A stretch of 64,000 nt of DNA from Bacteroidota bacterium. Lineage in GTDB: Bacteria; Bacteroidota; Ignavibacteria; SZUA-365. Positions within the stretch are counted from its first letter, which is position 1. The number at the start of each line of letters is the position of its first letter. Below, piece after piece: positions 1 to 9,735 of the stretch. The stretch is from the NCBI GenBank assembly GCA_003246455.1, contig QKAF01000027.1, positions 33,201 to 97,200 on the forward strand. Direction: 5' to 3'. The notes below the pieces were generated by a model, which was given only the letters and a program-made list of their open reading frames with translations, was not told where the DNA came from and made no database searches. A program made the translations under genes and the position numbers.

Positions 1-926
1 ATCTGGTCCGCGGACCGGTGATCTTTTTCGACGATGTCCCACTTGTTGACGGCGATGACCACGCCCTTGTTGAAACGGACGGCTTCGCTGAGCACGTCGA
101 TGTCCTGGTGCGTCATCCCTTCACTTCCGTCGAGCAGGCAGAGCGCGACATCGCAGCGCTGAATGCTCTTGATCGTGCGAAGCGTGGAATAGAACTCCAC
201 ATTCTCCTTCACCCGGCTTTTCCGCCGCAGTCCGGCCGTATCGATGAGCGTGACCTTCTGCCCGTTGTATTCGAAGGTCGAGTCGATGGAATCGCGCGTG
301 GTGCCCGGCACGTCGGTGACGATCGACCGTTCCTTGCCCAGCAGCGCATTCGTGATCGAAGATTTCCCGACGTTGGGACGCCCGATGATGGCGAGCTGCA
401 TGTGTCCTGCGCTGTCGTCTTCGGTCGCTTCCGGGAATCCTTCCACGATGAGATCGAGCAGGTCTCCGGAATGGCGCCCGCTGATGGCGGATACCGGCTG
501 CGGATCGCCGAGACCGAGCTCGTAGAATTCCGTCCGATTCATTTCCCACTTCTGGCTGTCGATCTTGTTCACCGCGAGCACCACCTTCTTCTTCGAGCGG
601 CGGAGCATGTTGGCCAGTTCCATGTCCATGGGGATCAGTCCGTTCTGTCCGTCGACGACGAACACGATGACTTCCGCTTCTTCGATCGAGAGGCGGACCT
701 GTTCGCGAATCGCGCGTTCGAACACGTCCTCCGAAACCGGGACGTACCCGCCGGTATCGATGAGGACGAACTCCCGGCCTGACCAGTCCGTTTCCGCGTA
801 ATGCCGGTCGCGCGTGACGCCCGGTTCGTCATGGACGATGGCCTGGCGTGCGCCGACGATGCGGTTGAAGAGGGTGGACTTCCCGACGTTGGGGCGTCCG
901 ACGATTGCGACGATGGGTTTGTTCAT
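1..926 (-). CDS. der: Ribosome-associated GTPase Der/EngA, 5' part of gene in window. The C-terminal portion runs off the window start.
   Basis: Minus-strand translation starts MNKPIVAIVGRPNVGKSTLFNRIVG and contains a second G domain (IIGRPNVGKSSITNALLG...DVPGTTRD). Two tandem GTPase domains are diagnostic of Der. The listed + ORF 18..782 is its antisense shadow. Confidence 0.85.
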   Translation of the reverse strand, partial: MNKPIVAIVGRPNVGKSTLFNRIVGARQAIVHDEPGVTRDRHYAETDWSGREFVLIDTGGYVPVSEDVFERAIREQVRLSIEEAEVIVFVVDGQNGLIPMDMELANMLRRSKKKVVLAVNKIDSQKWEMNRTEFYELGLGDPQPVSAISGRHSGDLLDLIVEGFPEATEDDSAGHMQLAIIGRPNVGKSSITNALLGKERSIVTDVPGTTRDSIDSTFEYNGQKVTLIDTAGLRRKSRVKENVEFYSTLRTIKSIQRCDVALCLLDGSEGMTHQDIDVLSEAVRFNKGVVIAVNKWDIVEKDHRSADQ

Positions 927-931
927 GGTTT

Positions 932-1096
932 TCAGCTTTTGTCGGATTTGCGGCTGCCGAGCAGAACGCGGACCCCGACGTAAATCACCGCCGCCGCGAC
1001 GGCGAGGATGAGCACATTGGAAAACGCCCAGAAAAATACACGCAGGGCGATGAGGATGACGATTATCAGTGCGAAAACGAAAAGGAGATGTTTCAT
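932..1096 (-). CDS. Small hydrophobic hypothetical protein (~54 aa) between der and the ABC permease.
   Basis: Minus ORF MKHLLFVFALIIVILIALRVFFWAFSNVLILAVAAAVIYVGVRVLLGSRKSDKS with a single TM helix. Tightly spaced between flanking genes. Below the ORF-table size cutoff. Confidence 0.3.
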   Translation of the reverse strand: MKHLLFVFALIIVILIALRVFFWAFSNVLILAVAAAVIYVGVRVLLGSRKSDKS

Positions 1097-1103
1097 GGCT
1101 GCC

Positions 1104-2357
1104 TCACGAACGAATCCAGCGGAAAATTTCGTCGAGACTGGGCCGCTTGCCTGTCAGCAGAATGCCTGTACGGAACATCTTGCCCGCGATCCAGGTGACG
1201 CCGATGATGGAAAGTACGAGGATCAGCAGACTCAAAGCAATTTCCCACGTCGGCGGTGTGGTGATCGGCAGCCGCATGAACATCATCTGCGACGTCAGCG
1301 GCGGCAGCATCGTAAGGACGACCAGGATCGGATTGTTTGGACTCTGGGTCGCCATGAATGCGATGATGATCGGGAGCATGAGCAGCATCGTCAGGTACCC
1401 CGTCATCTGCTGCGCCTCCTGTTCGGTGGATGCCAGCGAGCCGAAAGCCACGAACACGGAGGCGTAAAACAGAAAGGCGAGAACGAAGTATACGAGCATC
1501 AGCCAGATGTTGTCGAGCGGGAGATTGCTCAGATCCGCGGCAAGTACGAGGATGGTTCCGATGACGGACCAGAAGAACACCTGCACGATGCCCAGCATGC
1601 TGATGCCCATGATCTTGCCGAACATCAGGTCCATCGGCGAGCACGACGAGACGAGAATCTCGACGATGCGGTTGCTCTTTTCCTCCACCATGCTGCGCAC
1701 GAGCATCTGGCCGGAGGTGAGGATCATGATCATCAGGAGGATCAGGAAGACGTACGAAATTCCGAACGATTCGAGGAAACCGGATTCTTCTTCACCTTCT
1801 TCGGAAACGCGGACCGTGCGGAGGTCGGTCGACCGCGTGAGTTCCCCGACATGTTCCGGATCGAGGCCCGCATGCGCGAGCCGGTATTCGCTGATGATGT
1901 CGGAGACACGGCGTTCGAGACGCGAGGTGGATTCGATATCCGAGACGTTTCGCGAACGGAATTCGACCTGGTGGGAGTCCAGCGCGGTTGCGGGAATGAT
2001 GAGCGCCGAGGAAATGCTGTTGCGCAGGAGCGCGGAATCGAGGTCGGCTTTCACTTCGGCGAGATTCCGTCCCGCGGCCCCCACGCGTTCGATCGTGAAC
2101 TTGGGCTTGCCGCTGGTCAGCAGGGGACCTCGCTTCATGGATGCATCGAGCGAGTCGAGGACAACCCCTGTCGCGTCGTGGACGGCGATCACCAGTGATT
2201 CCTTCTCCTCGAGCGAGCCCTGCAGAAGCCCGGGACCCGCGGCGAACAGCGCCATGATCGCGGGCGTGAGAAACAAACCGATAAGGTAGCTTTTCGTCTT
2301 GACGCGCTCGATGAATTCCCATCGGGCGACACGGAACGCTTTGGCGGTCATTCTCAT
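1104..2357 (-). CDS. ABC-2 family transporter permease (NatB-like).
   Basis: 417-aa polytopic membrane protein with an N-terminal TM, a large extracytoplasmic domain and six C-terminal TMs, typical of NatB/ABC-2 permeases. Its start overlaps the upstream ATPase stop (ATGA). Confidence 0.7.
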   Translation of the reverse strand: MRMTAKAFRVARWEFIERVKTKSYLIGLFLTPAIMALFAAGPGLLQGSLEEKESLVIAVHDATGVVLDSLDASMKRGPLLTSGKPKFTIERVGAAGRNLAEVKADLDSALLRNSISSALIIPATALDSHQVEFRSRNVSDIESTSRLERRVSDIISEYRLAHAGLDPEHVGELTRSTDLRTVRVSEEGEEESGFLESFGISYVFLILLMIMILTSGQMLVRSMVEEKSNRIVEILVSSCSPMDLMFGKIMGISMLGIVQVFFWSVIGTILVLAADLSNLPLDNIWLMLVYFVLAFLFYASVFVAFGSLASTEQEAQQMTGYLTMLLMLPIIIAFMATQSPNNPILVVLTMLPPLTSQMMFMRLPITTPPTWEIALSLLILVLSIIGVTWIAGKMFRTGILLTGKRPSLDEIFRWIRS

Positions 2358-3523
2358 TTCGCATCCTCCTCGGTGAGGTGCTCACCGTACAGGAGTTCCT
2401 TCTTCAGTCGGGAGAATTTCAGGAAGGAAAGCAGCGATCCGCCCAGCGCCGCGGCGACCAGGATCGCGGAGAAGGCGTCGATGCCGTTTCGCAGTTCGAG
2501 CGACAGAATTACGCCGGTGACGAGGAAGATCACTCCGTTGATAAACTGCTTCCGGACCTTCGGGTTTTTCATGACCGCCGGCCTTTGCGCCTTGGCAGGA
2601 GCGGATCTGGCAGCGGCCTCATGTTCGGCCTGGTTGTTTTTCCCCACGATGTCGATGAAGATGGACTGCAGGGAGGGCTCGATGCGAGCGACATGGTGCA
2701 ATTCGAGACGCGGGAGCATGGTTTCGATCACATCGTTGGTGCGGACCTCATCCGCGAGTTCGATCTCCGCGTAGTTCTGCGCGAGATCGATCGAGCGCAC
2801 CCCGGGCATCTCACGGAGGAATGTTCCGTCGCCGGTAAATTCGACGTGAAGCGCATTTTTTCCGAAGCGCTGCTTGATCATCGACGGCGATCCGTGCAGT
2901 ACCGTGCGTCCCTTGTCGATCATGAGCAGCTCGTCACAGAGCTTCTCCGCCTGTTCCATCTGATGCGTCGAAAAGATGATGGCGCGGTTCTCGCTTTTCA
3001 GCTGCAGGAGCGCTTCCTTCATCAGCACCTGGTTGATGGGATCGAGGCCGGAAAAAAGCTCGTCGAGGACGAGGAGGCGCGGATCGTGAAGGATCGAGAT
3101 GATGAACTGGACTTTCTGCTGGTTGCCCTTCGACAGTTCTTCGACGTTCCGTTTTTCATACTGTGTCAGTGAAAAGTGTTCGAGGAGCGGCCGCGCCTTT
3201 TCGCGCGCTTCGTCGGCACGGAGTCCTTTCAGGCTGCCGAAATAGGCGATCACGTTCCCCAGCTTGTTTTTCCGATAGAGCCCGCGCTCCTCCGGCAGAT
3301 AGCCGATGACGTTCTTGAGACGTTCGTTCATCGGCTGGCCGTCGATGAACACGCTGCCTGCATCCGGCTGGATGATATCCATGATCATCCGGATGGTCGT
3401 GGATTTGCCCGCGCCGTTCGGACCGATCAGACCGAAGATCTGTCCCGGCGCGACCGCGAAACTGACATCGTCCACTGCGCGCACGCCGGTGAAATCTTTG
3501 CGTAAATGTTGAACCTCGAGCAT
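2354..3523 (-). CDS. ABC transporter ATP-binding protein (NatA-like) with an unusual hydrophobic C-terminal extension.
   Basis: Walker A GPNGAGKST, signature LSKGNQQKV, Walker B LLVLDELFSGLD, H-loop. The real start MLEVQHLRKDF is at 3523. The longer table ORF to 3919 is a spurious N-extension. Confidence 0.85.
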   Translation of the reverse strand: MLEVQHLRKDFTGVRAVDDVSFAVAPGQIFGLIGPNGAGKSTTIRMIMDIIQPDAGSVFIDGQPMNERLKNVIGYLPEERGLYRKNKLGNVIAYFGSLKGLRADEAREKARPLLEHFSLTQYEKRNVEELSKGNQQKVQFIISILHDPRLLVLDELFSGLDPINQVLMKEALLQLKSENRAIIFSTHQMEQAEKLCDELLMIDKGRTVLHGSPSMIKQRFGKNALHVEFTGDGTFLREMPGVRSIDLAQNYAEIELADEVRTNDVIETMLPRLELHHVARIEPSLQSIFIDIVGKNNQAEHEAAARSAPAKAQRPAVMKNPKVRKQFINGVIFLVTGVILSLELRNGIDAFSAILVAAALGGSLLSFLKFSRLKKELLYGEHLTEEDAK

Positions 3524-3596
3524 GAATTTCCCAGATGAGAAAGGAATGTATCTACAAATGTACGGAAAAAGGGGCTGCGAGGTTGCGGTAATCGAA

Positions 3597-4670
3597 TTAC
3601 CCTTCGGGAAGCACTGCGCCGGTGGTCCAGTACAGGACGCGGTTGCGGAATCGCTGCTCGGTTTCATGCAGGAGCGGGTGGTCCTGCGGAAGCGGGGGGT
3701 GACTGCCGTCGAAGAAGCGGCCGACGGCATCGATGATTTCGGTGGCCTGGTCGTGCGAGAACAGCGCGGTTCGCAGTTCGTTCGCTCCGTCGAACCGCCG
3801 TGCGTACCAGAGGGCGTGCTTCCGCATGCGGGGGATGGCCCGGAAGGCGCCGAATTCGCGGAGCATGCTTTCGAGATGCCCCGTGGCCAGCTCCTGGATC
3901 GCGGCGATATCCGGCGCACTGTCCCCGACGCCGCAGCTGCGGCCCCGGGCGATGTCGTCGAAAATCCATGGCGTACCGAGGCAGCCGCGCGCCACCATCA
4001 CCGCGGTGCAGCCGGTTTCACGCATCATGCGGGCAGCGTCCGCGGAGGAGAAGACGTCTCCGTTCCCGACGACGGGGACTGAAACGGCGTCGACCGCTTC
4101 GGCGATCGCTTCCCATCGCGCCGCGACGTCATACGGAGTGTTCCGCGAGCGGGCGTGAACCGTGATCAGCGACGCGCCGCCATCCTCCGACGCACGGGCG
4201 ATATCGCGGACACCCTGCCGGGTGTCAGTGCCGCGCATGCGAATTTTTACCGAAATCGGAACCGACGAAGCATTTGCCGCCGCGCGGAGGATTGAGGCGA
4301 AGCGCGGAAGGTCGTCGAGGAGATCGGCCCCGGCCCCCGCCTCGCAGATTCGCTCGTTCGGGCATCCGCAGTTGATATCGAAGAGGTCGGGCTTGAACGG
4401 CAGCAGTTCACGTATGGCCGCTGCGGTTTTGTCGGGTTCGGCCGCCACGAGCTGGATGCCGATAGGGTGTTCTTCCGGAGTGAATACCGCGTTGCGGTAC
4501 GAGGTGGATGCGGCGCGCAAAATCCCCGCGGCACTGACCATCTCGGTGAACGTCAACGCTGCCCCGTAATTTCTGCAGACGTTACGGAAAGGGATATCCG
4601 TCGTCGCGAGCATCGGCGCGAGTATTCCTTTCCCCTTGATTTTATTGATGATATCTGCAGGTTCCATCAT
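3597..4670 (-). CDS. dus: tRNA-dihydrouridine synthase (Dus family).
   Basis: TIM-barrel Dus motifs: MLATTDIPFR, FDINCGCP, and a basic C-terminal tRNA-binding domain. Start chosen at MMEPAD. The longer table ORF start at 4865 is rejected. Confidence 0.8.
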   Translation of the reverse strand: MMEPADIINKIKGKGILAPMLATTDIPFRNVCRNYGAALTFTEMVSAAGILRAASTSYRNAVFTPEEHPIGIQLVAAEPDKTAAAIRELLPFKPDLFDINCGCPNERICEAGAGADLLDDLPRFASILRAAANASSVPISVKIRMRGTDTRQGVRDIARASEDGGASLITVHARSRNTPYDVAARWEAIAEAVDAVSVPVVGNGDVFSSADAARMMRETGCTAVMVARGCLGTPWIFDDIARGRSCGVGDSAPDIAAIQELATGHLESMLREFGAFRAIPRMRKHALWYARRFDGANELRTALFSHDQATEIIDAVGRFFDGSHPPLPQDHPLLHETEQRFRNRVLYWTTGAVLPEG

Positions 4671-4831
4671 TATGCAAAATAACGCGGACGGAGCAGCCGG
4701 ACAAGAGATTCGGAGTCGGCAATCAGGAACCCGGCCCCTGGAATTGCGCCGGTACCCTGCGGAATTGCACTGGAGTGGATTTTTATACCGGAATGTGCTA
4801 TTTATGACCATTCCATCATCGGAGGTCGCAT

Positions 4832-5284
4832 ATGTCCAGGATTTCCTTCGTACTGCTTTTCGCATATCTGTGCGCGTTCGCCGTGACCGCTGTCGCGCAG
4901 AATTCCGAGGCTGACCGTGTTATCGGGAACTGGCTCGTCCAGGATAAAAAGGCCAAGGTCCAGATCTTCAAGAAAGGGGACAAGTACTTCGGGAAGATCG
5001 TGTGGCTGAAGGAACCGAATGATGAGCAGGGGAACCCGAAGCATGACAAGGAAAATCCCGAGGAGAAACTGCAGAGCCGTCCGCTGATGGGGCTGGAGCT
5101 GCTTTCGGATTTCGTCTACGACGAGGATCTCGTCTGGGAGGACGGCGAGATTTACGATCCGAAAAACGGGAAAACCTACAGCTGTAAAATGACGCTGAGC
5201 GAGGACGGGAAAACGCTTGACGTCCGCGGCTACATCGGATTCTCACTCATCGGCCGCACGTCGGTATGGACGCGCGTGCGCTGA
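4832..5284 (+). CDS. DUF2147-family secreted protein.
   Basis: Signal peptide plus the motif GNWLVQDKKAKVQIFKKGDKYFGKIVWLKEPND...IYDPKNGKTYSCKM...VRGYIGFSLIGRTSVWTRV, characteristic of DUF2147. Confidence 0.65.
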   Translation: MSRISFVLLFAYLCAFAVTAVAQNSEADRVIGNWLVQDKKAKVQIFKKGDKYFGKIVWLKEPNDEQGNPKHDKENPEEKLQSRPLMGLELLSDFVYDEDLVWEDGEIYDPKNGKTYSCKMTLSEDGKTLDVRGYIGFSLIGRTSVWTRVR

Positions 5285-5357
5285 ACGCATAAAAACGATT
5301 TTTTTCGCACAGAGTTATCGTTTTTTCCTTGCGCAGGAGTGAGATTTGCTTTATCTT

Positions 5358-5380
5358 CTATTTAGATTTTATCTAAATAG
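5358..5380. promoter_or_regulatory. Perfect palindrome CTATTTAGAT-TTT-ATCTAAATAG immediately upstream of the fur-family gene. Candidate Fur-box operator (autoregulation or feoAB control).
   Basis: 10-3-10 inverted repeat, AT-rich, ending 4 nt before the ATG at 5384. Confidence 0.5.
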
Positions 5381-5383
5381 GTT

Positions 5384-5830
5384 ATGAAAACAACAGATCC
5401 CAAAGAATTCTTCACGCATTACCTGAAACGCAACAAGTACCGCATTACGCCGGAGCGTTTCGAGATTCTGGAGACGGTGCTGCATTGCGACGGGCACTTC
5501 GACGCGGACGAACTGTATCTCCGCATGAAAAACGCCGGGAGCAAGGTGTCCCGAGCCACGGTGTACAATACGCTGGACAAGCTGACCGAATGCGGCATCG
5601 TCGCGCGGTACCGATTCGGCGAACGGCTTGCCCGATACGAAATCATGTTCGGCAACGAGCATCATCATCACATCATCTGCCGTTCCTGCGGCAAGATCGA
5701 GGAATTCGTCGACAAGCGCGTCGAGCGCTTTGCGCGGGAGGCCGCGATGTCGATGCATTACGCCTTCGAAAACACGGTGCTCCATATCTACGGTATTTGC
5801 GGCGAATGCCAGCAGAACGGTGGTGAGTGA
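5384..5830 (+). CDS. fur: Fur-family metalloregulator (Fur/Zur/PerR family).
   Basis: 148 aa with a winged helix, an HHHH motif, and CxxC...CxxC (CRSCGKIEEF ... CGEC). First gene of the feoAB operon. Confidence 0.8.
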   Translation: MKTTDPKEFFTHYLKRNKYRITPERFEILETVLHCDGHFDADELYLRMKNAGSKVSRATVYNTLDKLTECGIVARYRFGERLARYEIMFGNEHHHHIICRSCGKIEEFVDKRVERFAREAAMSMHYAFENTVLHIYGICGECQQNGGE

Positions 5831-5831
5831 A

Positions 5832-6050
5832 ATGAGACTTGCCACAATGGCCAAGGGAACGCGGGGGCGAATCGAACGCCTCCCGGGGGGTGAGATCCGC
5901 TCGCACTTCATCCGCATCGGCCTGGTCGAAGGAGCCATTATATCCTGCATGGAGAAGCTGCCCGGCGGGACCATCGTTCTCGAGTTCAGCCGGCAGGAGG
6001 TCGCCCTGAGCGGCGACCTGGCACGAAGCATTGAAGTGAGTCAAATCTGA
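5832..6050 (+). CDS. feoA: Ferrous iron transport protein FeoA.
   Basis: 72-aa SH3-like protein (MRLATMAKGTRGRIERLPGG...) directly upstream of feoB. The start is 2 nt after the fur stop. Confidence 0.7.
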   Translation: MRLATMAKGTRGRIERLPGGEIRSHFIRIGLVEGAIISCMEKLPGGTIVLEFSRQEVALSGDLARSIEVSQI

Positions 6051-6077
6051 ACCGTTATACCCCAGGCGACGATACGC

Positions 6078-8105
6078 ATGTCCGAGGCATTGATACAGCA
6101 TAAACCGCACAAGCATCTGCGAACGGAAGCCATTCCCACCGATCCGCTGAAGACGAAGATCGTCCTCGTCGGCAATCCCAATGTGGGGAAGTCCGTCGTG
6201 TTCAATTATCTCAGCGGGCTCTATGTCGATGTCTCGAATTTCCCCGGAACCACGGTCGAGGTCTCGAAGGCCACCTATCTGCATTACGAACTGTACGATA
6301 CGCCCGGGATTTACGGGGTGTCGTCGTTCAACGACGAGGAACGCGTCGCGCGCGACATAATCCTCAACGGCGATATCATTCTGAATATCGTCGACGCGGT
6401 GCATCTCGAAAGGGATCTCTTTCTGACGCAGCAGCTGATCGACATGGGGAAACGTGTCGGTCTGATCGTCAACATGCTTGATGAGGCGAAGCGGCAGCGC
6501 GTTGCCATCGATCTGCACCGGCTGGAGGAAGAACTCGGCATCCCAGTCGTCGGTACCATCGCGACGAAAAAGAAGGGACTCGAAGGCATACACGAACTCA
6601 TCGTGCAGGCCCGCGAAGGAAAGCAGAGCCGGAGTCTGCACGCCGAACTGCACGGAATGCTGTCCACCGTGGGATCGCAGTCGGAAGCCATGCTTGTTCT
6701 CGAAGGCGATGAGGTCGTCGCGAAGCGGCATGGCGTGGCCGCCGCCGATGTCAGCCGGCGGGAGGAAATCTACATCGACCGGCGGAACCGGGTGAACAAG
6801 GTGCTGCAGCGCGTGGTCACCGATATCGAAACGGGGAAGCGCATCGCCTCGGTGTTCGGACGCTGGAGCGTGAACCCGATTCTCGGTTTCCCGATACTCG
6901 CTGTGATCCTCTATGCGCTGTATTTCTTCGTCGGCGTGTTCGTTGCGCAGGACGTGGTGAATTTTACGGAAACGACGATCGGACGAAACTTCGTCGAATT
7001 CCATATCAAATCCTGGGTCGCGCAGCATGCAGCCACACTCGTGACGGTCGACATCCTCGATGCCGACGGCGAGGTGACGGAGACCGGGAGTTTCCGCTTC
7101 GACGAAGGCACACGGAACGACTACGACCGCTGGGCGGCCGTGCGCGATTTCCCGCAGGGACGCGATGCCGAATTTACGTTTACCTACGACAATCCCTGGC
7201 TGACGCTGTTTTTCGGAGAGTTCGGTGCGGTGACCATGACGCTGACCTACCTGCTGTTTCTCCTGCTCCCGCTTGTGCTCGGATTTTATTTCGCCTTGTC
7301 GATTCTCGAAGACAGCGGCTACCTGCCCCGGCTGGCGACGCTGGTCGATCGCATGCTGCGCTATATCGGGCTGAACGGCCGCGCCGTGATTCCCCTCATT
7401 CTCGGGTTCGGCTGTGTGACGATGGCGACGATCACGACCCGTCTTCTTGGCAGCCAGAGGGAAAAAACCATCGCGACGACCATCCTGCAGCTCGCCATTC
7501 CGTGCTCGGCGCAGCTCGGCGTCATTGCGGCGCTGCTGGCCACCGCAGGGATGGTCGCCACACTGATCTATACCGCGGTGATCTTTTCCTTCCTGGTCCT
7601 GGTCGGCTCGGTGATGAACCGAAGTCTCCCGGGAGAGACCTCGCCCCTTTTGATCGACCTGCCTCGCATGCGTCTCCCTCAGCTCGACAATGTCGTCAAG
7701 AAAACGCTCTACAAGACCTGGTTCTTCATGAAGGAAGCGAGCCCGTGGTTTTTTGTCGGCGCGCTTACCGTCGGGATTCTCCAGGTGACCGGGGCGCTCG
7801 TCTGGATCATGGATGCAATGGAGCCGCTCGTCGTCAACTGGCTGCAGCTGCCGCGTGAGGCCGCGACCGCGTTCGTCATGGGACTGGTGCGCCGGGATTT
7901 CGGCGCCGCGGGACTTTATCACCTCGGACTGGATCCATTCCAGACCGTCGCCGCGCTTGTGACAATCACCCTTTTCGTGCCCTGTGTCGCCTCACTGATG
8001 GTCATGCTCAAGGAGCGCGGACCGCGCGAAGGCATGATTATCTGGGTCGGCAGCCTGATCCTCGCCCTGACCATCGGCGGCCTGGTCTCTCAGGCCCTGA
8101 TATAA
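6078..8105 (+). CDS. feoB: Ferrous iron transporter FeoB.
   Basis: N-terminal G domain (IVLVGNPNVGKSVVFN, DTPG) followed by a polytopic membrane domain. 675 aa. Confidence 0.9.
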   Translation: MSEALIQHKPHKHLRTEAIPTDPLKTKIVLVGNPNVGKSVVFNYLSGLYVDVSNFPGTTVEVSKATYLHYELYDTPGIYGVSSFNDEERVARDIILNGDIILNIVDAVHLERDLFLTQQLIDMGKRVGLIVNMLDEAKRQRVAIDLHRLEEELGIPVVGTIATKKKGLEGIHELIVQAREGKQSRSLHAELHGMLSTVGSQSEAMLVLEGDEVVAKRHGVAAADVSRREEIYIDRRNRVNKVLQRVVTDIETGKRIASVFGRWSVNPILGFPILAVILYALYFFVGVFVAQDVVNFTETTIGRNFVEFHIKSWVAQHAATLVTVDILDADGEVTETGSFRFDEGTRNDYDRWAAVRDFPQGRDAEFTFTYDNPWLTLFFGEFGAVTMTLTYLLFLLLPLVLGFYFALSILEDSGYLPRLATLVDRMLRYIGLNGRAVIPLILGFGCVTMATITTRLLGSQREKTIATTILQLAIPCSAQLGVIAALLATAGMVATLIYTAVIFSFLVLVGSVMNRSLPGETSPLLIDLPRMRLPQLDNVVKKTLYKTWFFMKEASPWFFVGALTVGILQVTGALVWIMDAMEPLVVNWLQLPREAATAFVMGLVRRDFGAAGLYHLGLDPFQTVAALVTITLFVPCVASLMVMLKERGPREGMIIWVGSLILALTIGGLVSQALI

Positions 8106-8246
8106 GCGGCGGCCTCCCGGGCTTTCCCCCTGTCTCCGCGCCCGCCGATTTCACGACTCCTTTCCAATCGACTTGCTTCTCTCATCGCTATCTGATATCG
8201 TGTGTGCGCGGTAAACCCCGCGCTGTTACCACGGATGGAAGGATAC

Positions 8247-8810
8247 ATGTTTCGCTTCGTCGTTCTCGTCGTGTTCGTCGTCGTGCCGGGGCTCCTGCTC
8301 GCTCAGGCACCGGCAAAAAACCAGGCCGCGTTGTCCCAGAAGGGAAGGGAGACAGCCAGCTTCGATCCTGCGGAATATTTCTCCTCGCTGCGCATCAATC
8401 AGATGTACGGGAACGGGGAATTCGCGAAACCCGAGGGCATGACGGTGGCGTTCGAAGACTCGATTCGTTCGAACGAGCGGGCGATCGGATTCAGCATGCA
8501 TTTCACCCCGCAAAGCGGAAGCGGCTGGCAGATCTGGCTGGACTTCGACGCGGACGTGTACTACCGTCCACGGCTGGTCAGGATGCTTGCGCAGCGCCCT
8601 CTCGCAGAAGGGGAAGACGGGACGTTCGCCGCATATCGCGAGCGGGTCTCGTCGGTGCTTGCGACGGACATCGGTGCCCCAGAAGATATCGACGACGGTT
8701 ATGTGCGGTGGCCCTGGCTTACCCGTACTTCCTATTACCTCTCTCTTCGCGAAACATCGCTCGACGAAACCCCCTGGCTGCTGCTTGTCCTGCAGCGGGA
8801 ACAACAGTGA
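8247..8810 (+). CDS. Hypothetical secreted protein.
   Basis: Signal peptide MFRFVVLVVFVVVPGLLLAQA with an RBS-like ggaagga upstream. No recognizable domain. Confidence 0.45.
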   Translation: MFRFVVLVVFVVVPGLLLAQAPAKNQAALSQKGRETASFDPAEYFSSLRINQMYGNGEFAKPEGMTVAFEDSIRSNERAIGFSMHFTPQSGSGWQIWLDFDADVYYRPRLVRMLAQRPLAEGEDGTFAAYRERVSSVLATDIGAPEDIDDGYVRWPWLTRTSYYLSLRETSLDETPWLLLVLQREQQ

Positions 8811-8820
8811 GGCAATTCCC

Positions 8821-9735
8821 ATGAAAGGACGCTACAACACGCTGATCGGTTCCTTTCTCGTCGCCAGTGCGTTCTGGTTCTCCGTGACGATGAGCGGGAC
8901 GTTTCGGACGCATTTCGATGTGCCGCTGATCGTTACCAACATGCCGCGCGATATCGCCCTGGTTTCGGCGCTGCCGAAAAGCGTGGACGTGCTCCTCCAG
9001 GCCAACGGCTGGCAGCTGTTGTTCATGACCGCCGGAAAGCAGATGGCGTTCGAGATTCCGGGGAGCCGGCTGCGCGCGGGAGTCATACAGACCAACCGCG
9101 CCCTGAACGAGGTGATGCAGCTGCCGGCAGGGGTGACGGCCATGCGCGTCTATCCGGAAACCCTGTTCGTGCAGGTCGACCGCTTCATGAAGAAGACCGT
9201 GCCGCTGCAGCACGCATCCGTTTCGATGAAATTCAAGGACGGGTTCGGCATGCTGGGCGAACCCGAGCTCACGCCGGACTCCGTCACGCTGAGCGGCGCC
9301 GAACGCATTCTCCGGCAAATCAAATCCTGGCCGGTGGAGAGCCGGAGCTACACCGAGCTTTCAATTCCGGTCGCGGAGGATATCAAAGTCAAGGATTCGC
9401 TTCCGGGCGTTATTCGATACAATCTCGACAAGGTCAATCTGTACATTCCGACCGAACAGCTTGCCGACATGTGGTTCCGCGGCGTCCGTGTTCAGGTGAA
9501 GCACGTGCCGGAAAACCGCGAGGTGCTGCTCGGGCAGCAGACGATAGACGTTTCCGTGCGTGGCGGCGTCAACGTGCTCTCCCTCTATACCGCACAGGAT
9601 ATTTCGGTCGCGATCGAGTTTGACGACATCGTCGCCGATACGTCCGGAACGATCATTCCGACCCTTACGCTTCCGGACAAGCTCCGGCTGCTGAAGATGG
9701 ATCCTCCCGCGATTCGCTATACGCTGCGGAAGTAG
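8821..9735 (+). CDS. YbbR-like domain protein (CdaR-like).
   Basis: N-terminal TM (LIGSFLVASAFWFSV) followed by repeated YbbR-type beta-rich modules. Start at MKGRYN. No diadenylate cyclase gene is adjacent. Confidence 0.55.
   Translation: MKGRYNTLIGSFLVASAFWFSVTMSGTFRTHFDVPLIVTNMPRDIALVSALPKSVDVLLQANGWQLLFMTAGKQMAFEIPGSRLRAGVIQTNRALNEVMQLPAGVTAMRVYPETLFVQVDRFMKKTVPLQHASVSMKFKDGFGMLGEPELTPDSVTLSGAERILRQIKSWPVESRSYTELSIPVAEDIKVKDSLPGVIRYNLDKVNLYIPTEQLADMWFRGVRVQVKHVPENREVLLGQQTIDVSVRGGVNVLSLYTAQDISVAIEFDDIVADTSGTIIPTLTLPDKLRLLKMDPPAIRYTLRK

Noticed and set aside
2354-3919. Table ORF start codons giving long N-terminal extensions: ABC ATPase 3919, dus 4865, YbbR 8587, scpA 26389, epimerase 29298, aminotransferase 46233, LamG cargo 50827, 56696, hutH 62292, regulator 62177.
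   Set aside because: The extensions are low-complexity, overlap upstream genes or terminator hairpins, and precede family-conserved N-termini that start at internal Met/GTG codons with RBSs.
5673-7922. 749-aa minus-strand ORF antisense to feoB.
   Set aside because: High-GC shadow ORF. Arg/His/Gly-rich translation with no motifs. The sense strand encodes an unmistakable FeoB.
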